Positions 8,018 to 17,311 are shown, counted from the first letter of the stretch. The stretch is DNA of 64,000 bases from Candidatus Saccharimonadales bacterium (GCA_049521895.1 JBEKOJ010000001.1:354717-418716), one strand, 5' to 3'. Notes: generated from the sequence alone by a model not told the origin. A program made the numbers and translations.

Positions 8018-8094
8018 TGGTGCGGGTGACGGGACTCTAACCCGTGGCCTCTTCCTTGGCAAGGAAGCGCTCTAAACAACTGAGCTACACCCGC
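8018..8094 (-). tRNA. tRNA-Gly (anticodon GCC), atypical D- and T-loops
   Basis: GCGGGTG..CACCCGC-A-CCA, anticodon loop TTGCCAA; D-loop AGTTGTTTA lacks GG; T-loop is TTAGAGT. Confidence 0.8.
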
Positions 8095-8231
8095 GCTTTT
8101 GCCATTTGGCAAAAGCAATTATCAATTATCAATTTACATCTTTCAATGAATTATCAATGACTAATGCTCAATGAAAAGTTAATGACAAATGATAACTGCT
8201 AAATGTTAAATGCTTTGGCTTAGGCCAAAGC

Positions 8232-8307
8232 TGGTGGCGCCTCTCGGACTTGAACCGAGGACACAAGGCTCTTCAAGCCTCTGCTCTACCAACTGAGCTA
8301 AAGCGCC
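8232..8307 (-). tRNA. tRNA-Phe (anticodon GAA)
   Basis: GGCGCTT..GAGGCGCC-A-CCA fold, anticodon loop TTGAAGA, canonical GG D-loop, T-loop TTCAAGT. Confidence 0.85.
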
Positions 8308-8390
8308 TCGTCGGAACCGACGTTCGATTTCCATAAGCGCGTAAGAACTTGCTTACTTCCAACCTCAGGTCGTTCCCTCCTCTCAATTTT
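8308..8390 (-). other. conserved structured 5' leader (copy L2) abutting tRNA-Phe
   Basis: Sense: AAAATTGAGAGGAGGGAACGAC...GTCGGTTCCGACGA; about 75% identical to L1. Confidence 0.6.
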
Positions 8391-8471
8391 GCAAAGTATT
8401 GCTAAAACGGAACTTCGCAAAATTGTTAAGCTGCAAGAAATATTTTACGGGATTACCTCTGTTTATTCAAG

Positions 8472-8894
8472 TCATGTGGGCGGCCAGATAAAGTCTACGC
8501 AGGTTTTTATGGTCCCCTCGTCAGCAGCAAAATCTAGAGATAAAAATTCATCTCTGGTGACAAACTTGGCTGCTTTCATGTCGCCAAACTTGAAATCAGT
8601 GCTCTTAAGTTCAACTGGCATTGCCACGCGAAGTATCATCCAGCCGTGTACGCTTTTCCCGCGGTATATAAAGGCCACTTGGCCGATTTTTTCTACTTCA
8701 ACCCCTAGCTCTTTCATAATTTCACGCTTGAGACAATCTTCTATGGTTTCATCGTGTTCAAGCCCACCACCAGGTATCTCCCAACCAGTGTTGCTCTCCT
8801 CGCCTGCCCCGACTAGCAATTGCTGATGCTCATCTAGGATAATTGCCTTGATTGTGCCCCTGTAGAAGGGGCTAGGTAATTTGCTCAAGTCCAT
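8472..8894 (-). CDS. NUDIX hydrolase
   Basis: Nudix box GGGLEHDETIEDCLKREIMKELG. Confidence 0.8.
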   Translation of the reverse strand: MDLSKLPSPFYRGTIKAIILDEHQQLLVGAGEESNTGWEIPGGGLEHDETIEDCLKREIMKELGVEVEKIGQVAFIYRGKSVHGWMILRVAMPVELKSTDFKFGDMKAAKFVTRDEFLSLDFAADEGTIKTCVDFIWPPT

Positions 8895-8897
8895 TTT

Positions 8898-9659
8898 TTA
8901 TTTCTTTTCGCGTTCCAAGAAGTTTTTTACGCTCTCGAGCGTGTCCATAAACTGGGCCGGAAAGACGATAGTGCTATTTTTTTCGTCGGCAATCTCGGTT
9001 AAGACCTGAAGGTTGCGTAGCTGCAAGGCGATTGGGTGTTTGGCGATAATATCGGCGGCATCGCCCAGGGCGCCAGCGCTTAACTTCTCGCCTTCAGCGG
9101 TAATAATTTTAGCGCGCTTCTCACGCTCGGCCTCGGCCTGTTTGGCCATAGCTCTCTGCATGGTATCTGGCAATTGGATATCCTTTAGCTCGACAGTGCT
9201 GACAAAAATCCCCCATTTGGCGGTTGCCCCGTCTAAGATTTTTTTGATTTTTTCATTGATAGCGATCGTTTGGCTTAAAACTTCGTCTAGCGAACTTTGC
9301 CCAACAACATTGCGAATGGTAGTCTGGGCAATCTGGTAGGTAGCACTTAGAACGTTCTCTATCTCGACTATCGATTTTATGGGGTCGCTGACTTTATAGT
9401 AGGCTACCGCCGCCACGCCGATAGAGACATTGTCTTTGGTGATGATTTTTTGGCTCTCGATCGGCAGAGTTACAATCCGCAAACTGACTTTGCGCATCTG
9501 GTCAACCAAGGGGATTATGAAGCGTAGACCCGGCTGCTTAATGTCTGGGCGCAATTTGCCCAGCCTGAAGATCACGCCTCTTTGATATTGGTTGACGATT
9601 CTGACTCCGGCCAAAACTAAAAGAACCACGATAACCGCTAAAACCAAAAGTGCCGCCAT
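8898..9659 (-). CDS. SPFH/band-7 (stomatin-like) membrane protein
   Basis: N-terminal TM, PHB domain pattern, C-terminal coiled AEAEREKRA segment. Confidence 0.8.
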   Translation of the reverse strand: MAALLVLAVIVVLLVLAGVRIVNQYQRGVIFRLGKLRPDIKQPGLRFIIPLVDQMRKVSLRIVTLPIESQKIITKDNVSIGVAAVAYYKVSDPIKSIVEIENVLSATYQIAQTTIRNVVGQSSLDEVLSQTIAINEKIKKILDGATAKWGIFVSTVELKDIQLPDTMQRAMAKQAEAEREKRAKIITAEGEKLSAGALGDAADIIAKHPIALQLRNLQVLTEIADEKNSTIVFPAQFMDTLESVKNFLEREKK

Positions 9660-9764
9660 AGCTTGTTTCTCCCCTACATCTTGATTGTAAGTCCTGGATG
9701 TGAGTCTGGCAATCAGATTGTGTTTTACCTCTGTTTTTTGTAAAATAATCAGGGTATGCTACAC

Positions 9765-9849
9765 GGGTGAGTGGTGAAATTGGTATACACGTAGCCTTGA
9801 GGTGGCTATGCCGAAAGGCGTGGAGGTTCAAGTCCTCTCTCACCCACCA
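9765..9849 (+). tRNA. tRNA-Leu (anticodon GAG)
   Basis: GGGTGAG..CTCACCC-A-CCA, anticodon loop TTGAGGT, long variable arm, T-loop TTCAAGT. Confidence 0.85.
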
Positions 9850-9915
9850 GCCATGATTGAACAACTATTCTCACAAAAACTTACTGAGCCAGAAAATGGC
9901 TTGGGAGGATTGGAA

Positions 9916-10437
9916 ATGCGGCGCGGGCTAGACTTAGAGCTGGCTCTGCAGTTAATTAATAAGTCGTGGGAGTCCGAAATTTATGCCAGTTGCCCCAATG
10001 ACGCCGACAAGAGATTTAAAGACTTGGGCTCACTCGAGGAATGGCTAAGCCGGGAGCGGCAGGTTTATCCTCTGGTTGATGAGCAGTCTCAAGATCTAGG
10101 CGGCATAATTTGGCACGGCCCGAAGCCTTTTCCCAAAGCTGAATTTGGTCCCCAAGCGGCTCAAGACACATTTGCTATCAGACTCTATAAAGGTTACAGG
10201 GGGCGGGGTTTAGCCGAGCCGTTTATGAAAAACTGTCTTTGGGATTACGTAACAACTGTGGTGGAAAACGGCCGAGCGGGATATTTCCATGGTATATGGC
10301 TGTCTTCACGTCTTGATCGCAAAGGTGCACAAGTGCTTTTTAGAAGATTCGGCTATCAAGAAATCGGACGCGACAGCGAGGAGGTATTTATGCTATTATC
10401 CCCCGAGAAAATCAGACAGATTATCGGGGGCGCTTAG
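9916..10437 (+). CDS. GNAT-family N-acetyltransferase (probable)
   Basis: Start chosen at ATG preceded by GGGAGGA, because the upstream in-frame part overlaps tRNA-Leu; RGRGLAEPF acetyl-CoA-loop-like motif. Confidence 0.55.
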   Translation: MRRGLDLELALQLINKSWESEIYASCPNDADKRFKDLGSLEEWLSRERQVYPLVDEQSQDLGGIIWHGPKPFPKAEFGPQAAQDTFAIRLYKGYRGRGLAEPFMKNCLWDYVTTVVENGRAGYFHGIWLSSRLDRKGAQVLFRRFGYQEIGRDSEEVFMLLSPEKIRQIIGGA

Positions 10438-10504
10438 CTCAGTTGGCTAGAGCATCTCGTTTACACCGAGGGGGTCGGGGGTTCAAGTCCCTCAGCGCCC
10501 ACCA
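10428..10504 (+). tRNA. tRNA-Val (anticodon TAC)
   Basis: GGGCGCT..AGCGCCC-A-CCA, anticodon loop TTTACAC, T-loop TTCAAGT. Confidence 0.85.
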
Positions 10505-10505
10505 T

Positions 10506-10535
10506 CAAAAAGCCGGTCGAAAGACCGGCTTTTTG
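10506..10535. terminator. bidirectional intrinsic terminator
   Basis: AAAAAGCCGGTC-gaaa-GACCGGCTTTTT. Confidence 0.8.
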
Positions 10536-10554
10536 ATACCCGCAGCATTAAATT

Positions 10555-12354
10555 TTAGATGTTCTGTTCTTGCTGGCGGACTTCCCACTGGTTGACGTTA
10601 TAGAACTGGTCCAGCTCGCTGTTGTCAGCCTTACGCTGATAGTTAAATACCGGGCCGCGGGTTATATAAAGAAGGTCGGGTTGATACAGCGCCAGCGCTG
10701 GCATGTCCCCCGTCCAGGCAGTTAAAAAGGCTTTGTATTTAAGCACTCTTATTGATGGGTCAGACCGCGTTCGGCCGGCTTCCAGGGCCTGGTCTGTGAC
10801 AGCGGATTTATACTCGCTTAGGTTAAGGTGGCCCTGCGAACTGACGCTAGCCTGGGAACTATCCCAATAGGCAAAAACATCCGGATCAACACCAATATTA
10901 ATACCGTAAAGCAAGATGTCGTAACTATGGTTGGCGATGACTATACTTTGCAGATCTTCGGCATCGTAGTAATGCACCACGACCTTGACGCCGATCTTAG
11001 CCCACTGCTGCTGCAGAAACTGGGCCACGCGCGAGTATTGCGGCGTATCTTGCGAACTCATTGTAAAGCTAAGTGGTTGGCCGTCTTTGTAGCGTATCCC
11101 GCCGGCACCACGGAGCCAGCCATCCTGGTCCAGGCTTTGGTTGGCAGCAGTTAAGTTGTAGTTAGGTTCAGTAATTGAGGAATCGTAACCCAGCTGACCT
11201 GTAAGTAGGGGGCCGGTGACTAATTTGATTGGCGAACCAAACAGATTTTCTAACTGGCTGCGATCAACACTGATAGTAAGCGCCCGGCGGATATTGACAT
11301 CGTTAAGGTTAGCCATAGAGTTATTGAAAAAGGCCATGACGGCGCTAGTTAGCGGTGTGGAATAAGTCTGCACACTGCTGTCATTCGCCAGTTCCGGTGG
11401 TAGCGTTTCTAGACCGCTCATAGCGTTAAGCTGTTTGTGCTCAAAAGCGGATATTAGATGCTGGTCATCAGAAAAAGTAGTCAGACTAAAGCCATCCAGC
11501 TTGGGACGGCCCACCCAGTACTGGTCGTATGCTTGTAGGGCAATACGTTGCTGCCGGTCGTTTGCAGTATTGCCGCTAACATCTATGTATTTCAGTTCAA
11601 ATGGGCCGGTGCCGATAGGCGCCGTATCGAAAGCAGCGCTACGTAACTGTTCCGGTGGTATAGATTTAAGTAAGTGCGCCGGAATAATACCGTTAGTCAG
11701 AGCATATGGAAACGGGCTGAGCGGGTTGGGCAGATCAAAATTAACCGTGTAGGCATCTTGTTTGGTAACAGTAATATCTTTCCAGCTACTGTAGAGCGGC
11801 GACTGAGTCTCGCTGTTTTGGATCGTGTGATAAGTAAAGATTACGTCATCCGCCGTGAACGGTTTACCGTCCTGCCATTTGATACCTTTCTTTAGGTGGA
11901 CCACATAGCGTGTCTGATTATCGCTAAGCGTCCAGTCTTTGGCTAGATCACCAACCAGGTTGTTGTTATTGTCGTATTTGAATAAGCCGGAAAATACCAA
12001 ACGGCTAACTGCGGCATCAGCAGTACCGGTAGCATAAAGCGGATTAGCTGTCGTAAAAGTACCGATCATACCCTCGTTATAGAGTCCTCCTGGTACCGGT
12101 CTAAGCACATGGTAATAAGCTGATAAGCCCCTTAGTTGCCCTATGCCGGCCAAGACCAACACCACGAAAAGGCCGACCCAAAGCAGCACAAAACGGCGGA
12201 CTGAAGCCAATCTGTCAAAACGTCTAATTAACAACTTATCGATATTGGCGTCAGCTTGTTGGCCAAGTTCAATGGCCCCTTTACGGCGTTGGCTAAGACC
12301 CCGGCGCCAGCGGCGCCTGGTGTTTTTATCCAATTGCGGAATCGCTATTTTCAC
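10555..12354 (-). CDS. ABC transporter substrate-binding protein, family 5 (peptide/nickel type), membrane-anchored
   Basis: 599 aa with N-terminal TM anchor; length and sequence pattern of the OppA/DppA-type SBP family. Confidence 0.7.
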   Translation of the reverse strand: MKIAIPQLDKNTRRRWRRGLSQRRKGAIELGQQADANIDKLLIRRFDRLASVRRFVLLWVGLFVVLVLAGIGQLRGLSAYYHVLRPVPGGLYNEGMIGTFTTANPLYATGTADAAVSRLVFSGLFKYDNNNNLVGDLAKDWTLSDNQTRYVVHLKKGIKWQDGKPFTADDVIFTYHTIQNSETQSPLYSSWKDITVTKQDAYTVNFDLPNPLSPFPYALTNGIIPAHLLKSIPPEQLRSAAFDTAPIGTGPFELKYIDVSGNTANDRQQRIALQAYDQYWVGRPKLDGFSLTTFSDDQHLISAFEHKQLNAMSGLETLPPELANDSSVQTYSTPLTSAVMAFFNNSMANLNDVNIRRALTISVDRSQLENLFGSPIKLVTGPLLTGQLGYDSSITEPNYNLTAANQSLDQDGWLRGAGGIRYKDGQPLSFTMSSQDTPQYSRVAQFLQQQWAKIGVKVVVHYYDAEDLQSIVIANHSYDILLYGINIGVDPDVFAYWDSSQASVSSQGHLNLSEYKSAVTDQALEAGRTRSDPSIRVLKYKAFLTAWTGDMPALALYQPDLLYITRGPVFNYQRKADNSELDQFYNVNQWEVRQQEQNI

Positions 12355-12366
12355 TCCCGCCCCAAG

Positions 12367-12582
12367 CTACTTAGCGACAATATTGATAACTATGCTGGCA
12401 GCAAAAATAAAGACCAGGATAATAGTCAGTTGGTGTAACGTCTTATCAGAACCACGTCGCACGGTGTTAACCTCGCCCGCCCCGCCCAAGCCGGCCCCCA
12501 AGCTGGCACCTCGCGTTTGAATTAAAATTAGAATTATCAGCAGAATTACACTAACGATGGTTATATAGTTCCAAACTGTCAT
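12367..12582 (-). CDS. secG: preprotein translocase subunit SecG
   Basis: 71 aa, two TM helices flanking a Gly-rich loop (GASLGAGLGGAG). Confidence 0.75.
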   Translation of the reverse strand: MTVWNYITIVSVILLIILILIQTRGASLGAGLGGAGEVNTVRRGSDKTLHQLTIILVFIFAASIVINIVAK

Positions 12583-12586
12583 CTGC

Positions 12587-12994
12587 TTATCTTAGTTTAC
12601 CTAACGGCTTAAGCGTGTCGTCTAGAACACGCGTTACCAAAAAATTGATTAAGCCAACAATAACACCGGCGATAATAGCTACACCAAAGTTCTCTACAAA
12701 CAGTGGGTGATAAAGCCAACTAGCGATCAGTATTAGCAAGCCGTTAACCAACAGCATGAATAGACCCAAACTGAGCAAAATCGCAGGTATAGACAAGAAA
12801 ACGAGTAATGGTTTTAGAAACATGTTGACTAGGGCTAGAAAAAAGCCGGCGGCAACAACCGTACCCCAGCTAGTACCGACGCTCAAACGAGAATTACCCA
12901 AGATAGCCTCGGCAATCCAAAGCCCCAGAGCCGACACCAGCCAACGGACCAAAAAACGCATAGCTAATCGTTGCATGCGGCTATATTGTACCAA
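12587..12994 (-). CDS. four-helix membrane protein (DUF360 / phage-holin-4-like)
   Basis: 135 aa, four hydrophobic helices; the true start may be an internal Met. Confidence 0.5.
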   Translation of the reverse strand: MVQYSRMQRLAMRFLVRWLVSALGLWIAEAILGNSRLSVGTSWGTVVAAGFFLALVNMFLKPLLVFLSIPAILLSLGLFMLLVNGLLILIASWLYHPLFVENFGVAIIAGVIVGLINFLVTRVLDDTLKPLGKLR

Positions 12995-13019
12995 GCTGGG
13001 CCACCCAAAGGCGAGTTAT

Positions 13020-14513
13020 TTACCTAAGTGCTTCTAGGTACTTAGCGACTTTTGCGCCGGTTCGCCTACCAAGTAGTTCTTGTAATTCCGATGGCTCGGC
13101 ACTAATAGCCGCTCTGGCGGAGCCGAAACGGCGAATAATTTTTTTGCGGGTAGCCGGACCGATGCCTGGAATTTCGTCCAACAGACTTGAGGAGCTGCGC
13201 CGGCGCTTAAGCGTGCTGTGGTAGCTTATGGCGAAACGATGCGATTCATCACGGATACGCTGCAATAGTTTTACAATGTGGCTATTCTTTGGCAAGAGAA
13301 TAGTTATAAATTTTGAGCTTTCGCTAACATATGCGCCCATAGTTTTAGCTTTGGGCGTCGGGTTTTTACCTGGCTGGTTTAAAACGATGATTTCTTCCTC
13401 ACGCTTAGCCAAACCGATCATCGGAATACTAAGACCGGCTGCGTCGCGGGCCTTTAACGCCACTTTGAGCTGACCCTTACCACCGTCGACTAGTATCAAA
13501 TCAGGCGTCCCCCATTTTTGGCGGTTGGTCTCGCTCAAACGCCGGCTCAAGGCTTCATGCAAATGCACAAAATCATCATTGCCAGGAAGCCGCATCTTAA
13601 ATTTGCGGTAGGCGGTTTTATCGGGCACGCCGCTGGCAAAAACTACCATGCTGGCAACGGTATCCGTGCCCTGCATATGGCTGATATCAAAACCTTCTAT
13701 CCGCTTTGGCGGGTCAGCCAAGCCTAGTAGTTCGGCTAACTCAGTTAGTGCCCGGTCCTGGCTAGCATCTTGAAGCTCACGATCGCCAAATAAAATTTGC
13801 CGGTTGAGTTCGTATAGGGCAAAGAGTTGGTTGCGCAAGCTGGCGGCCTTTTCAAAATTCTTGGCCGAGGCAGCTTTCTTCATATCGCGTTCAATGCCGC
13901 GAACCAACGCTACCCGTTGGCCTCGTAGGTACTGCATTAGTTTGCGCAGATTGGCGCGATAATCGCTTAGACTAGTGCGCCCCTCCTCAAGGCCCGGATC
14001 AAGCCCCAAGTGGTAGTGCAGGCTGACGCGTTTTTGCCCAACTGGCCGACTAGTGGCGTATGGGAAAGCCCGGCGTAAATAGCGCAGAGCTTTTTTAACG
14101 GCTAAGCCATTTATGTAGGGGCCAAAATAGCGCGCGCCGTCATCCAGCGGCCGGCGTACTAAACTTACCGTCGGGTAGTCGCTTTTGTCATCAACTCTAA
14201 CAAACTGCTGGCTTTTATCATCGCGTAGCAAGATGTTAAAGCGCGGTTGGTAACGGCGCACGAGCTCGGCTTCTAAAAACAGGGCGTCGGCTTCATTCTC
14301 TAGCTCTGTCCAATCAACATCGGCAATTTCGGCGACCAGTATATCAGTTTTAGAATCGCGGGCGCGGCTTGGCTGAAAATACTGGCGTACGCGGTTGCGC
14401 AAATTGGCCGCTTTGCCGATATAAATGATCTCACCGGCTTGGTCTTTATGAAAATAAACCCCCGGCGAGGTTGGCAACCGCGATAATTTGGTCTGCAGTT
14501 TTTTAGGACTCAT
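13020..14513 (-). CDS. uvrC: excinuclease ABC subunit C
   Basis: GIY-YIG N-terminus (GVYFH..IIYIGKAANLRNRV), UvrC core, C-terminal HhH (IPGIGPATRKKI). Confidence 0.85.
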   Translation of the reverse strand: MSPKKLQTKLSRLPTSPGVYFHKDQAGEIIYIGKAANLRNRVRQYFQPSRARDSKTDILVAEIADVDWTELENEADALFLEAELVRRYQPRFNILLRDDKSQQFVRVDDKSDYPTVSLVRRPLDDGARYFGPYINGLAVKKALRYLRRAFPYATSRPVGQKRVSLHYHLGLDPGLEEGRTSLSDYRANLRKLMQYLRGQRVALVRGIERDMKKAASAKNFEKAASLRNQLFALYELNRQILFGDRELQDASQDRALTELAELLGLADPPKRIEGFDISHMQGTDTVASMVVFASGVPDKTAYRKFKMRLPGNDDFVHLHEALSRRLSETNRQKWGTPDLILVDGGKGQLKVALKARDAAGLSIPMIGLAKREEEIIVLNQPGKNPTPKAKTMGAYVSESSKFITILLPKNSHIVKLLQRIRDESHRFAISYHSTLKRRRSSSSLLDEIPGIGPATRKKIIRRFGSARAAISAEPSELQELLGRRTGAKVAKYLEALR

Positions 14514-14545
14514 TACAATCTTTAGCCTAACAGGCTATAAAATGT

Positions 14546-14575
14546 TTGTCATCAGATCGATGTAGGTGTTATAAT
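14546..14575 (+). promoter_or_regulatory. sigma70-type promoter (TTGTCA-18-TGtTATAAT)
   Basis: -35 at 14546-14551, extended -10 at 14567-14575. Confidence 0.55.
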
Positions 14576-14616
14576 GCTTGGACTAATTATTTAACGGGGA
14601 GAAAGGAGCAGCCGAC

Positions 14617-14670
14617 ATGAAAAAAATTGCACTTAATATAAATACTCTGGCTGCTTCTGTAGCCTGTTAA
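14617..14670 (+). CDS. 17-codon upstream ORF (MKKIALNINTLAASVAC)
   Basis: AAAGGAGCAGCCGAC-ATG; the same AAGGAGC-GCCGAC context recurs before the ABC exporter start. Confidence 0.3.
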   Translation: MKKIALNINTLAASVAC

Positions 14671-14736
14671 CTCTTGCAAATAAATATCTTCTCAGACTGA
14701 ATTTAGGCAATGTAAGCGCGGTAAGGAGCCGACGCA

Positions 14737-16521
14737 ATGCGACCTCGTAAGGATCAAACCAAACAAATTCTAGCTTTCTATGGACAACGAGTCTGGAAAT
14801 ATCCCAGAAAAGTTATTGGCCTATTGCTTGTCATACCCTTAACTGTTTTACTCAACCAGTTCTTGCCGCCGATCATACTCGCTAACGTCTTAAACCGGCT
14901 TAGTACTAAGAACTTTGACGCACACCACATTTGGAATAGTTTTGGCGGGGATTTATTAGCCTATGCCGCGTTGACACTGTTTGGCGGAGTCATAGCTTGG
15001 CGAATAGTCGACTCGTTGGCCTGGCGGCTAGAAGGTAACGTTGAACAGGACATAGCTAGAAAAGTTTTTGACCATTTGTTGAGTCTCGGTGCTGATTTCC
15101 ACGCAAATTATTTCGGAGGATCGTTAGTATCGCAGACCAATAAACTTATGGGGTCATACATTCGTATGGCCGACACCACTATATACCAGGTGGTGCCGCT
15201 GATAGCCAGCTTGTTATTTGCTACTATAATCCTGGCTCACCGGGCACCGTTATTCGTGATAATATTGCTGATTTTTTCAGTCTTTTATATAGTTACCTCT
15301 TTTTTTGTAACCAAGCCGGTGCGTAAACTTGGCGCCGAGCAAGCCGCAACTGAAAGTATTCAAACCGGCTATCTGGCTGATGCCATCACCAACATCATGA
15401 CCATTAAAAGCTTTGCCGCCAAAGCTCATGAAAATCGCCGTTTTGCTAAAGCGACCAACAATACCAAAGACAGCCTAATGGCTTTGATGCGAGGCCACCA
15501 AAGACAGCAGATTTATTTCTCGTCGATGGCAAGTCTGATATCAGCTGCTTCCCTTACGATGGCGGTTGTTGGTGTGGCTATTTTCAAAGCCAATTTAGCG
15601 ACAGTTTTCCTGATTCTGAACTATACCGCCAGCATTGTTGGACAATTGTTTCAGTTCAGTAATTCGGCGTTGCGTAACTACAACCGTTCGTTAGGTGACG
15701 CCAGTAATATGGTCTCCATACTGCAGCTGAATCAAGAGGTGGAGGATTCACCAAACCCCGAGAAATTAAAGATCAGGCAAGGAATTATTGAGTTTAAAAA
15801 TGTAGTGTTTGGCCATGAAGGTTCTAGCGAAGCTATTTTTGAAGACTTTAATTTAACAATTTATCCAGGTGAAAAAATCGGTTTAGTGGGACACTCCGGG
15901 TCCGGTAAGACGACTTTTGCACGATTGTTGTTGCGGTTTTCAGATATCAGGGGTGGTGAAATAACTATAGATAGCCAGAATATCGCTGCTGTTGCACAGG
16001 ATGATTTACGTTCCGCTATTGCTTATGTGCCGCAAGAACCGCTGCTTTTTCACCGCAGTATCGCTGAAAATATCGCGTATGGTAAGTCCGGCGCGAGCGT
16101 AGCCGAAATCGAGCAGGCCGCCAAGCTGGCTAACGCTCATGGGTTCATCAAAAACTTACCGAATGGCTATGAAACTTTAGTTGGTGAGCGTGGTATTAAA
16201 TTATCCGGCGGACAGCGCCAGCGCATTGCTATTGCCCGGGCCATGCTTAAGAACGCCCCGGTTTTGGCGCTCGATGAGGCTACCAGTGCTCTGGATTCCG
16301 AGAGTGAAAAGTTAATCCAAGCAGCTCTTTGGAAATTAATGGAAGGTCGCACCGCCATAGTTATTGCACACCGCTTAAGCACGATCCAGCGGATGGATCG
16401 GATTGTGGTATTGGAAGAAGGAAAAATCGTTGAACAAGGCTCACACAAAGAGCTTATCGGCCAAAATGGCGTGTACGCTAAACTTTGGGCCCACCAGTCC
16501 GGCGGATTTTTAGAAGATTAA
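14737..16521 (+). CDS. ABC exporter, fused permease/ATPase (MsbA/multidrug type)
   Basis: Six-TM domain; Walker A GHSGSGKTT; signature LSGGQRQR; Walker B VLALDEATS. Confidence 0.85.
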   Translation: MRPRKDQTKQILAFYGQRVWKYPRKVIGLLLVIPLTVLLNQFLPPIILANVLNRLSTKNFDAHHIWNSFGGDLLAYAALTLFGGVIAWRIVDSLAWRLEGNVEQDIARKVFDHLLSLGADFHANYFGGSLVSQTNKLMGSYIRMADTTIYQVVPLIASLLFATIILAHRAPLFVIILLIFSVFYIVTSFFVTKPVRKLGAEQAATESIQTGYLADAITNIMTIKSFAAKAHENRRFAKATNNTKDSLMALMRGHQRQQIYFSSMASLISAASLTMAVVGVAIFKANLATVFLILNYTASIVGQLFQFSNSALRNYNRSLGDASNMVSILQLNQEVEDSPNPEKLKIRQGIIEFKNVVFGHEGSSEAIFEDFNLTIYPGEKIGLVGHSGSGKTTFARLLLRFSDIRGGEITIDSQNIAAVAQDDLRSAIAYVPQEPLLFHRSIAENIAYGKSGASVAEIEQAAKLANAHGFIKNLPNGYETLVGERGIKLSGGQRQRIAIARAMLKNAPVLALDEATSALDSESEKLIQAALWKLMEGRTAIVIAHRLSTIQRMDRIVVLEEGKIVEQGSHKELIGQNGVYAKLWAHQSGGFLED

Positions 16522-16530
16522 AGAGATACT

Positions 16531-17235
16531 TTATTTTTCGGCTTTTTGCTGGCTTGAAGTATCCGTTTCAGTTGCCTCGCCTTTGCCGGCCTGGCCTTCG
16601 GCGGCCTCGGCTTCGGCAGCTTCACCTTCGGCGCCCTCTTCAGCCTCGACAGCCTCTTCAATCTCTTCAGAGATCTGAGCCTTGGTCTCTACAACACTAG
16701 CAATCGGATGTTCGGGGTCTGTCAAGATGATCACGTCCGAGGGGACAACCAAATCGGCAACTGTAATCTTGTCGTGCAGTTCAGCCAGTTTGTTGCCATC
16801 AACGATGAACTCATTCGGCAGGTCTTTTGGCAAAGCTTCAACCTCCACTGTGTCAAGCTGATGCAGTACGACCAAACCGATTTTTTCAGCCGGTATTTCA
16901 CCTTCGATATGTATGGGAACTTCGGCCTCGACTTTCTCATCCCGTTTAACAGCTTGAAAAACTACGTGCTGCATACGCCTTTTAAGCGGGTTGATATGGA
17001 CGTCTTTGATTAACGCCAAGAAGTTTTGCGAGCCAACGCTAAGGTTGAGGGGGTGGTGCTTGCCGGCCTCTTGATACACCCGGACCATCTCACGCTCAGC
17101 CACAGCTACATGGATTGATGGCTGACCGTGGTTATGGATCACCGCCGGTATTAGCCCTTCATGGCGCAGCGAACCTAAGCGTTTCCCAATAACAGTACGC
17201 TCTTGCAACTTCAACGGTTCGTCCAAACTGCCCAT
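16531..17235 (-). CDS. rplY: 50S ribosomal protein L25/Ctc form with acidic C-terminal tail
   Basis: L25 N-terminal domain pattern (RHEGLIPAVIH) followed by an E/A-rich tail. Confidence 0.8.
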   Translation of the reverse strand: MGSLDEPLKLQERTVIGKRLGSLRHEGLIPAVIHNHGQPSIHVAVAEREMVRVYQEAGKHHPLNLSVGSQNFLALIKDVHINPLKRRMQHVVFQAVKRDEKVEAEVPIHIEGEIPAEKIGLVVLHQLDTVEVEALPKDLPNEFIVDGNKLAELHDKITVADLVVPSDVIILTDPEHPIASVVETKAQISEEIEEAVEAEEGAEGEAAEAEAAEGQAGKGEATETDTSSQQKAEK

Positions 17236-17298
17236 GGATTAAAACTAAACTCCACTTCTTACCGCCAATATTGTAACAGATAAAGACCTTTTTGTTGA

Positions 17299-17304
17299 TA
17301 CAAT
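17299..17304 (+). promoter_or_regulatory. -10 element TACAAT 7 nt upstream of the dedA ATG (leaderless-type geometry)
   Basis: TACAAT-tagactt-ATG with no Shine-Dalgarno. Confidence 0.35.
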
Positions 17305-17311
17305 TAGACTT

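Noticed and set aside
8389-8826. 145-aa plus-strand ORF
   Set aside because: It is antisense to the NUDIX gene, which has a clear Nudix box. It is Ser-rich and low-complexity.
16485-16700. Pro/Arg-rich 71-aa ORF
   Set aside because: It is the antisense shadow of the Glu/Ala-rich tail of ribosomal protein L25.
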